From NCBI GenBank assembly GCA_038087875.1, contig CM075996.1, positions 3,598,001 to 3,662,000 on the forward strand: DNA of 64,000 bases, read 5' to 3'. Positions 1 to 13,072 of this stretch are shown here, one piece after another. Below the pieces are notes generated by a model. It worked only from the letters and a program-made list of their open reading frames with translations. It was not told where the DNA came from and searched no databases. The stretch comes from Malacoraja senta. Its lineage: Eukaryota. Made by a program: the position numbers and the translations under genes. Every line of letters starts with the position of its first letter. Positions within the stretch are counted from its first letter, which is position 1.

Positions 1-101
1 CCCCGAGTACCGACGAGCGGCCATTACCGTAAATCTCCGAGTTCGAATCAGGGCAAATTCGGGAGAGCTCTTGGAATGAACTCGTACCGTGGGACAGGGT
101 T
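1..101. mobile_element. Right end of a PIF/Harbinger-type MITE (cut by window edge)
   Basis: Ends GGAATGAACTCGTACCGTGGGACAGGGT; inverted copy of the left arm of the element at 22512. Confidence 0.65.
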
Positions 102-519
102 TTAACTATGGTGGAATATATAATTCTCAACCTTGGTCACCTTGAAACAAAACTGCTGGCAGAAGATCAGATCATATCCATTTATTTCTACTTGAGCCAT
201 TATGTCACATACCTTGTTAAGAATGCAATGTGCATTTGGATAAAGAGCCTTCAATTTTGTCTCTCTCACTGGGAGTTATTTTCCTCAGCATCACCTGTGT
301 GTGGGGTTGGTGCTGTTCAGAGTGCCTGAGGTTGGGAGATGGGGCCCTAAGTGCTTCCTGTGGCCGGTTAGTGTCTTCACCGCTGCTTATGGACGGTTGC
401 TATTGTCCTCAGTACCGTCGGTGGCTCCGAATTACTGCTCTCTTGAGTGACCTTGGCTTGGAACTGTGCCCTTGGCCATGCGGCCGCGTGGAGATCATGT
501 CTGTGAATGGATACTAGAT

Positions 520-1760
520 CTCTGAGCACCGTCTGTACAGGGAGTCTGCACCGTCTGTGTGTGGGTGCCAGCCGTGTCTTGAGATCAGCACCGCATGTCT
601 CTCTGTTTTAGTGTAACCCGCTGCCAACTGTGTCTGGAGGTCGGCAGCGTCTGTGTCTCGGGTTTGGGGGTGTCTGTGTCTGGGGGTCTGTGCTGTCGGT
701 GCCTGGGTGTCTGAACTGTCTGTGTCTGAGTGGCACTGCTGGTGCTGTCTGTGTCTGGAGCTCGGCAGTGTCTGTGTCTGGGAGGGTGTAGTCTGTATCT
801 GGGGGGTGTCTGGGAGTGTGTAGTCGTGTCTGGGGGTATTTGCTGTCTATGTCTGGCGGTGTGTGCTGTCTGTGTCTGGGAGTGTGTGCAGTCTGTGTCT
901 GGGGGATGTCTGGGAGTGTGCAGTCTGTGTCTGGGAGTGTGTGCAGTTGATGTCTGGGGGTATTTGCTGTCTGCGTCTGGTGGTGTGTGCCGTCTGTGTC
1001 TGGGAGTGTGTGCCATCTGTGTCAACGGACAATAGATGCAGGAGTAGGCCATTCGGCCCTTCGAGCCAGCACCGTCATTCAATGTGATCATGGCTGATCA
1101 TCCCCAATCAGTACCCCGTTCCTGCCTTCTCCTCATATCCCCTGACTCCGCTATTTTTAAGAGCCCTATCTAGCTCTCTCTTGAAAGCATCCAGAGAACC
1201 TGCCTCCACCGCCCTCTGAGGCAGAGAATTCCACAGACTCACCACTCTCTGTGAGAAAAAGTGTTTCCTCGTCTCCGTTCTAAATGGCTTACCCCTTATT
1301 CTTAAACTGTGGCCCCTGGTTCTGGACTCCCCCCAAGATCGGGAAGATGTTTGGGGAGTGTGTGCCATTGGTGTCTGGGCAGTGTGTTTCATCTGAGTCC
1401 AGGGGTGTGTCCCATCTGTGATTGGGGGTGTGCGCTGTCTGTGTCTGGAGGTCTGTGCCATTTGTGTCTGCGGATTGGAGGCATCCTTGTCTGGGAGTCT
1501 GCGTCATCTCTGTCTGGGGAGATGGCACCGCTGGTGCCTTGTGTATCTGGGGTCTGCTCCATCTGTGTCTGTGGGTACCGTGGGGCGTCTGTGTCTGGGT
1601 GTCTGTGCCTGGTGGCCAGCTCCGTCTGTGCCTGTGGGTCTGTGTTTGCAGTCACTGTTCACCGTCTGTGTCTGGGTCAGATAGCCGGCTCCGCCTGTGT
1701 CTAGGTGGGGCACTGTCTCTGTCTGGACGTCGGGTGCTGTCTGCCCTGAGTGCGGGTGGT
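520..1760. repeat. Degenerate GT-rich minisatellite (about 20-24 bp unit like GTCTGTGTCTGGGAGTGTGTGC)
   Basis: Dozens of TCTGTGTCTGGG variants; interrupted by a CR1 insertion at 1028-1352; explains the low-complexity ORFs here. Confidence 0.85.
1028..1352 (-). mobile_element. CR1 LINE 3' fragment, subfamily A
   Basis: ORF2 C-terminus ESRTRGHSLRIRGKPFRTETRKHFFSQRVVSLWNSLPQRAVEAGSLDAFKRELD plus 3' UTR ending CTATTGTC. Confidence 0.9.
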
Positions 1761-2084
1761 GGGTGGCAGTCAGCAGGCGAAGGAGGGAACTGCAGATGCT
1801 GGTTTGCACCGAAGATAGACACAAAAAGCTGGAGTAACTCAGCAGGACAGGCAGCATCTATGGAGGAAAAAGATGGGTGATGTTTTGGGTCGAGACTCTT
1901 CTTTAGTCAGATGATTCAATTCAGGTGAGAGGGGAAAGGTTTAATAGGAACCTGAGGGCAACCTTTTCACACAGAGGGTTGTGGGTGTATGGAACGAGCT
2001 GCCAGTGGAGGTAGAGGAGGCAGGAACCATAACATAATTTAAAAGACATTTGGACAGGTACATGGATAGGAAAAGCTTTGATGT

Positions 2085-2350
2085 GTTTAGTTTAGGTTTC
2101 GTTTCGTTTATTGTCACTTCAACCAAGGTACAGTGAAAAGCTTTTGTTGCGTGCTAACTAGCCAGCAGAAAGACAATACATGATTACAATCGAGCCATTT
2201 ACAGCGTGTAGATACATGATAAGGGAATAACGTTTAGTGCAAGGTAAAGCCAGTAAAATCCGATCAAAGATAGTTCGATGGTCACCAATGAGGTAGATAG
2301 TAGTTCAGGATTGCTCTCCATTTGTGGTCGGATGGTTCAGTTGCCTGATC
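2085..2350 (-). mobile_element. Rex/Babar-type LINE 3' UTR fragment
   Basis: Reverse complement of the recurrent tail GCACGCAACAAAAGCTTTTCACTGTACCTCGGTACACGTGACAATAAAC; other copies near 26140-26348, 36297-36610, 42125-42240, 43605-43875, 50600-50822, 56300-57010. Confidence 0.65.
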
Positions 2351-3137
2351 TTCTTCTTATCGAGTCCACACACAAGATTAGAAGTTGTTCAGCCAGAGCT
2401 GAACACACTTCTCGGCGTCTGCATTCAACGGTGTCTGTCTTCCGCTTCTTGTGTGTGGTGGTGGAAAGATTGGTGAAAACAGGGGCCGCGACGTGAACGC
2501 TCTTTCCTTGACCCCAGTTGCCTGATAACAGCTGGGAAGAAACTGTTCCTGAATGATGGCCCAAACACAGGCAAACGGGGCTAACTTCAATGCGGCATCT
2601 TGGGGGTCGGAATGGACGAGATGGTCTGTTTTCATGCTGTACGATTCTATCACACTGTGACTGAACTATTAAAAATGTGAATATCTAGTTTTAAACTTTC
2701 TGGAGGTGCCTGAATGCTGTGCCGACATGTAGTGTCACAAGAATGCACTGGTGAACTCTACCCTGTCACCACCATTTAAAGACCCGTCTTGCTTGGATAG
2801 TTGGAACAGTGTGGGCAGCTTGCTTTAATTCCAAAGTAGGTGACTGACAAGAACTTTCTGTGTTTGTTGTAAATCAGTCCTGAGAGGCAGGGCTGTCAGT
2901 GCCTAGCAGTGATGGAAAATATAGCCGTGTGCGCCTTTGAGATTCAGTTTTTTGTCGGCAGGACTGATTTAGCAGTGGTGATCAACAGTGCCCCCAGCTT
3001 GCTGCCTTCTTCATCACTTGATCACAGATTGCAGGCAAAACATACAAGCAAGGTTGGAGAATAGCCTTAGGGTGACTAGACGTTAAGAGTTCCTGGAGAT
3101 GTCGAACTTTTAGCTCATGGGGAAGCCCATCGTTCAT

Positions 3138-3430
3138 TGCTTAAGAATAAGGGGTCAGCCATTTAGGTCTGGGACGAGGAAAGACTTTTCCACCCAGAGA
3201 GTTGTCAATCTGTGGAATTCTCTGCCGCAGAAGGAAGTGGAGGCCAATTCACTGGATGTATTCAAGAAAGAGTCGGATGTGGCTCTTGGGACTAAAGGGA
3301 TCAAGGGATATGAGGAGAAAGCAGGAATGGGGTACTGATTTAGGATGATCAGCCATGATCATATTGAATGGCGGTGCTGGCTCGAAGGACTGAATGGCCG
3401 ACTCCTGCACCTATTTTCGATGTTTCTGTG
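3138..3430 (+). mobile_element. CR1 LINE 3' fragment (older)
   Basis: LRIRGQPFRS..RKDFSTQRVVNLWNSLPQ..FKKESD motif plus CR1 3' UTR. Confidence 0.85.
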
Positions 3431-3474
3431 AGTCCATGATGGTCACACATCGAGCTCAGCTAAAGATCACCTCT

Positions 3475-3797
3475 TAGTTTTTAGTTTCGTTTCGTTTAGA
3501 GATACAGCACGGAAACAGGGCCTTCGGCCCACCGAATCCGCGCCGTTCAGCGATTCCTGTACATTAACACTATCCTACAAACACTAGGGACATTTAACAA
3601 TTTCACCAAAGCCAATTAACCTACGGACGAGTACGTCTTTGGAGTGTGGGGGGGAAACCGGAGCTTCCCAGAGAAAACCCACACAGGTCACAGGGAGAAC
3701 GTACAAACTCCGTACAGACAGCACCCGTGGTCAGGATCGAACCGGGGTCTCTGTGCGCTGTAAGGCAGCAACTCTACCGCTGCATCACCTTGCCGCC
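3475..3797 (-). mobile_element. tRNA-derived V-SINE (HE1-like)
   Basis: tRNA-like head with B box GGTTCGATCC, central V-domain, CR1-like tail GGGCCGAAGG..CTGTTTCCGTGCTGTATCTCTAAAC. Confidence 0.85.
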
Positions 3798-4175
3798 TGG
3801 CTCCTATTGCTCTCCAGGTCGTTGTTTTTAAATAATTGTTCACTTAGATATTTACCACAGGACAGTACACCCTGTCGGCCCATGATGTCTGTACCGAACA
3901 TGGTGCCAGAATAAACAAACCCTCTGCCTGCATAAGATCCATATCTCTGGATTCCCTGCATATCCATGTGCCTATCCCAAAGCGTCTTTAACACCACTAT
4001 CGTATCTGCCTCCACCATTACCCCTGGCAACACTTTCCAGTTACCCACCTCTCTCTGTGTGAAATAAAAACATGCTCCACACTTCTCTTTTTAAACTTTC
4101 CACATCTGAGCTACGCCCTCTTTGCCACTCTGGGAAAAAAGTTCTGACAGTTTCTCCTTTGGGTGGTGGAGACAC

Positions 4176-4603
4176 CAATAGACAATAGACAATAGGTGCA
4201 GGAGTAGTGGTGTGTGCCATCTGTGTCAATGGACAATAGGTGCAGGAGTAGGCCATTCAGCCCTTTGAGCCAGCACCGCCATTCAATGTGATCATGGCTG
4301 ATCATCCCCAATCAGTACCCCGTTCCTGCCTTCTCCTCATATCGCCTGACTCTGCTATTTTTAAGTGCCCTATCTAGCTCTCTCTTGAAAGCATCCAGAG
4401 AACCTGCCTCCACCGCCCTCTGAGGCAGAGAATTCCACAGACTCACCACTCTCTGTGAGAAAAAGTGTTTCCTCGTCTCCGTTCTAAATGGCTTGCTCCT
4501 TATTCTTAAACTGTGGCCCCTGGTTCTGGACTCCCCCAACATCGGGAACATGTTTCCTGCCTCTAGCGTGTCCAAGCCGTTAACAATCTTATACGTTTCA
4601 ATG
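4176..4603 (-). mobile_element. CR1 LINE 3' fragment, subfamily A, with doubled tail
   Basis: ETYKIVNGLDTLEAGNMFPMLGESRTRGHSL...; two copies of CTACTCCTGCACCTATTGTC separated by 24 nt of foreign sequence. Confidence 0.9.
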
Positions 4604-5859
4604 CTGGAGTAACTCCAAATGCTGGAGTAACTCAGCGGGACAGGCAGCATCACTGGGTCGGGTCGAGATGGGTCTGAAGTAGGGTCTCGACCCAAAACGT
4701 CACCCATCCCTTCCCTCCAGAGACGCTGCCTGTCCCGCAGAGTTACTCCAGCATTTTGTGTCCATCTTCGGTGTAAAGCAGCATCTGTGCAGTTCCTTCC
4801 TACACGTCTCCTTTGGGTGGAGCTGGGTTTGAATCTGTCTCCGTAGACAGCAGTTGACATCCTCCTCTCTGACAGGACATTTTATTAGATGTTATTCTTC
4901 CGCCGGTTGGTATGGATTTTTTAGTCCAGGGCGCTCTGAGGTAAATGTCTCTTCCTCTGCAGGATTTTTGATTTGAAATGTGCTTGGGACTGCTATCTTG
5001 GATTGAAGTGAGGCTTGAATGTCGGGAGATTTTGAGAAGCGTTCCTAATTTGTAAAGGTCAGTGAATGTGAGTCGACAGTGCAAAGCTGTTCATAATTGG
5101 GGACAAATTGGCAGTTGTCCAGACTCTGAGCGGCCGGGGAAATGGAGGTGATGGATGGTTAGTTTTGATGGGCAGATATTGCCGCTAACGAAGAATCCAC
5201 TTGAGGCAGAGTCTCAGCACACCGACTCTTTAAATCCACCGGATTTTTGGTGAGGGACTAGCGGGAGTATTGGATTAGGCCGGGTCCAGTAGCTCTGTGG
5301 CTATGTTACTGGATCAGACACCTAGTTATGTGGTCTAATGATCCAGGACAAAAATTCAAATCTCCCCGTGATGGGAATTCAAATTAAATTAAGCGATTCA
5401 GAATGAAATCTAATATCATTAAAAGTGTCAGAATTTCTGGAGAAACCTCGCAGTTTATCTCCCATCAGGAAGCCAATCTACAGTGCGTACCTGATCTGGC
5501 CGATACAGTGTTGTAAACGGTCCAGTGAGCATTGCAAAGGGGCATTAGGGTTGGCTGTGAATTCCTTCCTTTGCAGGCATGCCCTCTTCCCAAGGAGAAG
5601 TAATTTCTTACAAGTACAGAATGGTTGCAACATAAAAGACCATTTGCTCCACTGAGTACATGCTGGTTCTAAGCCAGGGCAATGCAGCCAGTCTCATCCC
5701 ACCACCCTCTACCCTCAGTCCTTAACCTTTGGTTATTCATCCAACTCAAGGCAGCCCAGTGGTGCAGCAGGTAGAGCTGCTGCCTCACAACGTCAGAGGA
5801 CCTGGGTTTGATCGTGATCTCGCGTGCAGTCTGCGTGGAGTTTGCACGTTCTCCCTGTG

Positions 5860-6110
5860 AGTCTGAAGAAGGGGTCTCGCCCCGAACTGCCGCCCATTCC
5901 TTCTCTCCAAAGATGCTGCCTGTCTGAAGACTTCAGTCTGAAGAAGGGTTTCGGCCCGAAACGTTGCCTATTTCCTTCGCTCCATAGACGCTGCTGCACC
6001 CGCTGAGTTTCTCCAGCATTTTTGTCTACCTTCGATTTTCCAGCATCTGCAGTTCCTTCTTAAACATGCTTCCTGTCCTGCTGAGTTACCCCAGCATTTT
6101 GTGTCTATCT
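5860..6110. mobile_element. Penelope pLTR-derived pieces with hammerhead-like motif, inserted in a V-SINE
   Basis: CTGAAGAAGGGTTTCGGCCCGAAACGTTG at 5938-5966, then the recurring CAGCATCTGCAGTTCCTTCTTAAAC end; splits a + strand V-SINE (about 5750-6325). Confidence 0.7.
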
Positions 6111-6755
6111 CCCTGTGACCGTGTGGGTTTCGTCCTGGCCCTCTGGTTTCCTCCCACAACACAAAATTGTGTGGGTTTTTGTAGGTTAAGTGGCCTCTGT
6201 AAATAGCCCCCTAATGTGTGTGGAGGAGAGGTGCAAGTGGAATAACATAAAACTAGTGTGATCGATGGTCGGCGTGGACTCCTGGGCAGAACGGCCTGTT
6301 GCCATCTGTATCTTTCCATCAATCAAATTCCCTTCTGAAGGCTGCAAATTGAACGAAACCCTCTGCTGCTAATTCTCATTGATTCATTTGTTTCGTTATT
6401 TGCAGACCTCGTCTTAAAAGCACCAATCTACATTACTTGCATCTTCTCCCTGCTCTCGCATTCTATTCTGGTTACGAAAATACTCTCACATCTGATGTTC
6501 TTATTAGCATCACTTCTAAATAGGTTTCTGATATTTTTGCCTTTGGCATTTGCCTCTTTGCCCTGATGTGGTGACCATTTGATAATGCATCTGCTGTTTC
6601 CTGAGGCTGTGATGACACCTATTTACTTCCTGGTCCATGCCTGGTTAGCAGGTCTTCAACTCCGTGAGTAGTGTGTAGAAAGGAACTGCAGATGCTGATT
6701 TACATCGCAGTTAGACACAGAGTGCTGGAGTAACTCAGCGGGTCAGGCAGCATCT

Positions 6756-7052
6756 TAGTTTTAGTTTAGAAATACAGGCCCTTCGGCCCACCGAATCCGC
6801 ACTGACCTGCGATCCCCGCACATTAACACTATCCTACACACACGAGGGACAATTTACATTTATACCAAGCCCGTTGACCTACAAGCCTGTTCGTTTTTGA
6901 AGTGTGGGAGGAAACCGAAGATCTTGGAAAAATCCCATGCAGGTCACGGGGAGAACGTGCAAACTCCGTACAGACAGCACCCGTGGTCGGGATCGAAGCC
7001 AGGTCTCTGGCGCTGTAAGGCAGCAACTCTACAGCTGCGCCACCGTGCCGCC
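6756..7052 (-). mobile_element. V-SINE (HE1-like)
   Basis: Near full-length copy: head GGGCGGCACGGTGGCGCAGC, V-domain, (TAAAC)n tail. Confidence 0.85.
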
Positions 7053-7199
7053 CATGGAGAAGGGTGTGCCGCCCATGGAGAAATAGAATGGGTGACGTTT
7101 CGTGCTAAGGTTTTAAAACTTGCTACTCAGCGCAGAAAATTGTAACGGAGCAGCCAAGTGGCAGGGAGACCATGGCTGGCCTGTTCCCTGAGATTTTGC

Positions 7200-7820
7200 T
7201 CCATATCTCCTCCCGCCTTGATTACTGCAACTCCCTTTACACCGGCATCAGCCAATCTTCCCTGTCCCGCCTGCAATTGGTCCAAAACGCCGCAGCGAGA
7301 CTCCTGACGGGCACCCGAAAAAGGGACCACGTCACCCCCGATTCTAGCCTCTCTCCACTGGCTCCCTGTGCGGTTACGAATCAATTTCAAGCTCCCTCTT
7401 TATGTTTACAAAGCCCTTAACGGGCTCGCCCCCACCTACATCAATAGTCTGCTTACCCACCATACCACCTCCAGGTCCCTTAGATCGGCCGACTTGGGGT
7501 TACTGTCCAGGCATAAGCTCAGGGGCGACCGCGCTTTTGCGGTTGCAGCTCCAAGACTATGGAACAGCAGCATCCCTCTTCCCATCAGAACTGCCCCCTC
7601 CATCAACTCTTTTAAGTCTAGACTTAAAACCTATTTCTACTCTCAAGCCTTTCTTGAGGTCCTCTGAGGGAGCGCTGTATGTATGTATTTATGTATGTAT
7701 TGTTAGATCTATGTACCACTGTATGTAGCATGTTAGTACCTGCACTGATGTAAAGCACTTTGGTCAACGAGAGTTGTTTTTAAATATGCTATAGAAATAA
7801 AATTGACTTGACTTGACTTG
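7200..7820 (+). mobile_element. L2 LINE 3' fragment
   Basis: SSRLDYCNSLY..RLQLVQNAAARLLTG...RAFAVAAPRLWNS..FKSRLKTYFY; tail AAAGCACTTTGG...AATAAAA(TTGAC)n. Confidence 0.88.
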
Positions 7821-8919
7821 GATTGGGAAGCGCAGGCCACATCCAGACACTTCAGGACGGATAATTCCTACCGACATCGCACGTAACAGTGGCTGGATTG
7901 AGGTGCAGAGTATAGCAAGGGCTGAGGCTTGAGGCAGCCGCCCGCTTTAATTGCTCATCCCCAGGCAGCAATGCTTTTCATTTGTACATCGTTTTTGTTT
8001 CCTCCTGGGTCCTGTGAGTCGCAGAGCAATCAATAAACTGTGATAATCTGAATATAATAATCAAAACGAGCAAGCTCAAAGTGTTCCCTCTCCAATGTCC
8101 TCCTGGATCCCTGGTGGTGAAGGTAATTCCTGCCCCTCAATTACCAGATGCTCTCAGTTCCCACTTGGGGCTGATCCCTTGCTCACAAGGCCGTACGTAT
8201 CCCAACATGGAAAGCATCCAGCTTGTGGACTCTCGGCTCCCAGTATCGCTCCATGTGGTTTGGCGCTGTTTGGTTCATATCTGTGACATGAAGCATTCCC
8301 TCCTGGCTTTCCCGACAGCTCACCCCCACTACAGCGCGGCACGGTGGCGCAGCGGTAGAGTCACTGCCTCACAGCGCCAGAGACCCGGGTACGACCCCGA
8401 CTACGAGTTTGTACGTTCTCCCCGTGGCCTGCGTGGGTTTTCTCCGGTTTGCTCCCCCACTCCAAAGACATTTGTAAATGAATTGCCTTCGGAAATGTTT
8501 GTAAATTATCCCTTGTGTAGGATAGTGTTAGTAAGTAAGTAAGTAAGTAAGTACATTTTATTTATATAGCACGTTTAAATCAACTCGCGTTGAAACCAAA
8601 GTGCTTTACATAGAAGAAATAATTAAGTTTCCGTACATCCATAGAAAAATAAAAAAATTTTTTTTTTTAAAGTGAATGAAGATTGCTGGCCGGTGCAGAC
8701 TCAGTGGACCATAGGGACTGTTTCCATGCTGTATCTCTAAACTAAAAGTTAACAGCAATACTCTGCATTTCTGCAGCTCCATTGCCATAACAAAACGATA
8801 TAAGGCGTTCCACAAGGGTGCTTGCAAACATACCTTCAGCCAAATCGCATAATGACATTAGGGCTTATCAAGAAAGGAGGTTTAAATGAAGTAGCGTCTA
8901 CCCATTTCCATCCACTAAT

Positions 8920-9250
8920 GATTCAGATTCAGATTCAGATTCAACTTTATTGTCATTGTGCAGCGTACAGTACAGAGACAGCGAAATGCAGTTAGCATCT
9001 CCCTAGAAGAGCAACATGAATATGAGCAATAAATAAATCTAATAAATCCTGGTGGGAGGAGTGTGGGGGGGGTGGGGGGGGGGTGATTGGCAGTCACCGA
9101 GGTACAGTGTTGAGTAGTGTAACAGCCGCAGGGAAGAGGCTGTTCCTGGACCTGCTGCTCCGACAACAGAGGGACCTGTAGCGCCTCCCGGATGGTAGGA
9201 GGGTAAACAGTCTGTGGTTGGGGTGAGAGCAGTCCTTGGCGATGGTGCCT
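8920..9250 (-). mobile_element. Rex1/Babar LINE 3' fragment
   Basis: [38 protein letters not shown]; (CTGAAT)n tail. Confidence 0.75.
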
Positions 9251-9691
9251 GGACCACTGAGTTCCTCCAGCACTTTGTTTTTAAAGTGCCTTTTAATTCT
9301 GATGCGATGACCTCGGGTCCTAGTCTCTCCCACTAGTGGAAACATCCACCCTTTCTATGCCTTTCATTATTCTGTAAGTTTCAATGATGTCCCACCTTGT
9401 TCCCGTCAGGCAGACGACACAGGAGCATGGCTGCACGTACCACTAGACTTAAGAACAGTTTATATCATCATGCCATCAGGCTTCTGAACTCATAAACGCA
9501 TCATATATGTTGATTCTTTTATTTATCGTTGTCTTTTATCTACCAATGTCACTTTTATCTTTTGTTTAACCTTAATTTTATCCTTGTAATATCATTGCTG
9601 AGGTGACCCGTTGTCTTGTCAAACACGTGTCATTGTACCGTTGACCCTGTGTTAACCTACATATGACAAATAAAACTGAACCGAACCTAAC

Positions 9692-10350
9692 GTGAAGATC
9701 AGCTTCATAACAAGAGGATTTCAGTATAGGAGTAAAGAGGTTCGTCTGCAGTTGTATAGGGCTCTGGTAAGACCACATCTGGAGTATTGTGTACAGTTTT
9801 GGTCTCCTAATTTGAGGAAGGACATCCTTGTGATTGAGGCAGTGCAGCGTAGGTTCACGAGATTGATCCCTGGATGGCGGGACTGTCATATGAGGAAAGA
9901 TTGAAAAGACTAGGCTTGTATTCACTGGAGTTTAGAAGGATGAGGGGGGATCTTATAGAAACATATAAAATGATAAAAGGACTGGACAAGCTAGATGCAG
10001 GAAAAATGTTCCCAATGTTCGGCGAGTCCAGAACCAGGGGCCACAGTCTTAGAATAAAGGGGAGGTCATTTAAGACTGAGTGAGAAAAAACCTTTTTCAC
10101 CCAGAGAGTTTTGAATTTATGGAATTCTTTCCTCCTGCCACAGAGGGCAGTGGAGGCCAAGTCACTGGATGGATTTAAGAGAGAGTAGATAGAGCTCTAG
10201 GGGCTGGTGGAATCAAGGGACATGGGGAGAAGGCAGGCACGGGTTATTGATAAGGGACGATCAGCCATGATCACAATGAATGGCGGTGCTGGCTCGAAGG
10301 GCCGAAAGGCCTCCTCCTGCACCTATGTTCTATGTTTTCTATGTTTCTAT
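9692..10350 (+). mobile_element. CR1 LINE 3' fragment, subfamily B
   Basis: [19 protein letters not shown]...[30 protein letters not shown], with frameshifts; (TTTCTATG)n tail. Confidence 0.9.
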
Positions 10351-10987
10351 GCCCATGATGCCTGGTCGTGCTGCACTATTCAGTGTAGTTTAATCTAGTT
10401 TACTTTGGAGATACAGCGCGGAAAGGGCTGAAGAAGTACATGCCGACCATCGATCACCCATTCACACTACTTCTGTGTTACCCCAAATTTCTCATTCACT
10501 CCCGATCATCGAAGGGCAATTTACAGAGGGCCAATTAACCCCACAACCCCGCACGTCTTTAGGATGTGGAGCACTCAGAGATAACCCACGTGGTCACAGG
10601 GAGAATGTGCAAACTCAACACAGTTCCATCCGGGCTCAGGATCGAACCCAGGTCTCTGGTGCCGTGAGGCAGCTACCAGCCGCGCCACTACGCTGCCCTG
10701 TTAAATGGGATAGTCCCAGGCAAATGGCTGGTTTAAAACTTGGCCATCAGTGAGGTGCTGTGGACCACCATCGGCAGCAGGCATGTTCACCACCACAGCC
10801 TAACAATCTACCATTAGCATCCAGCTGGGAGATCACTGCTGGTCCCACGAGGAGTGTGAAAGGACATGGCTAGAGGAGCAGCAGGTACAGCTAAAGAAAG
10901 ATGAGGTGTCAACCAGATGAAGCAACAGCATAGGACTGCCTGCGTGCTGAGCGGCTAAAGCAGAAGGCAATAGACATCTCAAAAACC

Positions 10988-11440
10988 AGCTTCACGGGAA
11001 TGATCCCCGGAATGAGTAGGCTAACATATAATGAGAGTTTGATGGCACTGGGCCTCTACGCGCTGGAGTTTAGAAGGGCGAGGAATGAAACTTCCCAAAC
11101 GGTGAGAGGCCTGGATAGAGTGGATGTCGAGAGGATGTTTCCACTAGTGGGAGAGTCTAGGACCAGAGGTCGTAGGCTCGGAATTAAAGGACGTTCCTTT
11201 AGGAGAGATTTCTTTAGTCAGAGGGTGGTGAATCTGTGGAATTCTTTGCCACAGAAGGCTGTGGAGGTAAATGGGCATTTTTACGGCAGAGATTGATAGA
11301 TTTTTGATTAGTACGGGTGTCGGGGTTATGGGGAGAAGGCAGGAGAACGGCATTCAGAGGGAGAGATAGATCAGCCTTGATTGAATGGAGGAGTTGACTT
11401 GATGGGCTGAATGACCTTATCTGCTCCGAGAACTTGTGAA
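10988..11440 (+). mobile_element. CR1 LINE 3' fragment
   Basis: IPGMSRLTYNE..LGLYALEFRR..GLDRVDVERMFPLVGESRTRG..FFSQRVVNLWNSLP. Confidence 0.85.
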
Positions 11441-12126
11441 CAATAGGGTCGGATCAAAAGATCTGCAGGGCCTGCCACATCAAGCCATGAATAGCGGTGG
11501 ACAGTTAAACAGTTAATGAGTGGTGCAGGTTCCAAGGGCGACATCGTCCTCAGTGTTAGTGGGTCCAGCATGTGAGTGCTAAAGAAAAGGCTGAAGTATG
11601 TGTGACCCTGTTCAAGCCGTAATGTGGAGTAGATGATTCCTCAAGGCTTCCTGCTGACCCCACTGCCACGGAAGTCTGCCTCCAGCCAAACCGATTAATT
11701 GCACCTCGTGTCAAGAAAGAGTTGAGAGCGCTGGATACTCAAAGCTTGCGGGACCTGGCAACGTCCGACTCTTGTGCAGTATAGCATTAGCTGACATTGA
11801 AAGAGTCTTATCACCTCCCCTTGACATTCAATGGCATTATCAGCTGTGCATCCCCCCACCATCAACATCCTTGGTGTCAGCTTTGACCAGGACTGTAACC
11901 GTATAAATACCAGGGCTTACACGGGCAGGTCAGAGGGTGGGTGTCCTGCCATGAGTGATTTTCCCTAATGCGCCAAAGCCATCCTACCATCTACAAGGCA
12001 CTAACTCGGGCAAGTGCAATGCCAAGATGAACAGATCTCCAACAATCTTTCATGAAGCCCACTTGATCAGCACCCTATCAACCACCCTCACCATTCATTC
12101 CATCGACATTGTGGACGGCTTGATTA

Positions 12127-12410
12127 GGGCGGCACGGTGGCTCAGCGGTAGAGTTGCTGCCTTACAGCGCCAGGGACCCGGGTTCGACTCTGACTACGGG
12201 CGCTTGTCTGTACGGAGTTTGTACGTTCTCCTCGTGACCTGCGTGGGTTTTCTCCGTGAGCTCCGGTTTCCTCCCACACTCAAGACATCCAGGTTTGTAG
12301 GTTAATTGGCTTGGTATAATAGTAAATTGTCCAAGTGTACGGGGATCACTGGTTGGTGCGGACTCGGTGGCCAAAGGGCCTGTTTCCGTGCTGTATCTCT
12401 ATACAAAATC
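12127..12410 (+). mobile_element. V-SINE (HE1-like)
   Basis: A box TGGCTCAGCGG, B box GGTTCGACTC, V-domain, CR1-like tail. Confidence 0.85.
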
Positions 12411-12419
12411 TATCTATTT

Positions 12420-12780
12420 ATTTATTTATTTAAAAATATTGATTTTATTAGAAGCAATTGTACAAGGAGGAAGTGATCGACATAACAATTATACAATTTT
12501 CGTACAGCTTCAATTTTAACATTTTATAAACTAATAAGTAAATCGGAAAAAAGAAAAACGGAAAGAAGGGAAAGGAAGAAGAAAGGAAAAAGAAAAGGAA
12601 AGAATTTCGAAAAAGATACGGAAAAAAGAAAAGAAAAACCCCTGAACTAACAAAGTGAAAAAAAAGGCGGAGATATATCCCACTACCCTTCCCTACGCCT
12701 GCTCACCCAACCCTAGCGTCGGTTTTGAATTTGTGTTCAACCATTATGTTGTTGAAGAAATTCAATGAAATGAGACCTAT
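12420..12780 (-). mobile_element. L1-clade LINE 3' UTR fragment
   Basis: TTTTATTAGAAGCAATTGTACA resembles the reverse complement of the L1 3' end near 54124; pyrimidine-rich UTR on the minus strand. Confidence 0.55.
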
Positions 12781-13072
12781 ACAAAATTGATCTAAACTAA
12801 TCATGTATAGTTTTTCCGCTGACTGGTTAGGCACGCAACAAAAGCTTTTCATTGTACCTTGGTACACGTGACACTAAACTAAATACCGACGCACAGTGGC
12901 TGCAATGTCTACCATTTACAAACTGCACAGCAGTTACGTGCCCAGGCTATTCCACCAGCATCTCCCAAACCCTTGGCCTCTCCCACTATTGTAAGAAGCA
13001 TAGGACAGGAGGCACAGGGAAACAGGGATTCCCATCCAAGGTACACACCCATCCTGACTGGAAATAGTCTAA

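Noticed and set aside
585..1880. Overlapping ORF cluster; also considered as a CRISPR-like array
   Set aside because: Degenerate minisatellite with no constant repeat/unique spacer structure, no cas genes, vertebrate context.
12127..12200. tRNA genes (A/B boxes, T-loop GGTTCGA)
   Set aside because: Each such sequence continues into the V-domain and CR1-like tail; they are SINE heads.
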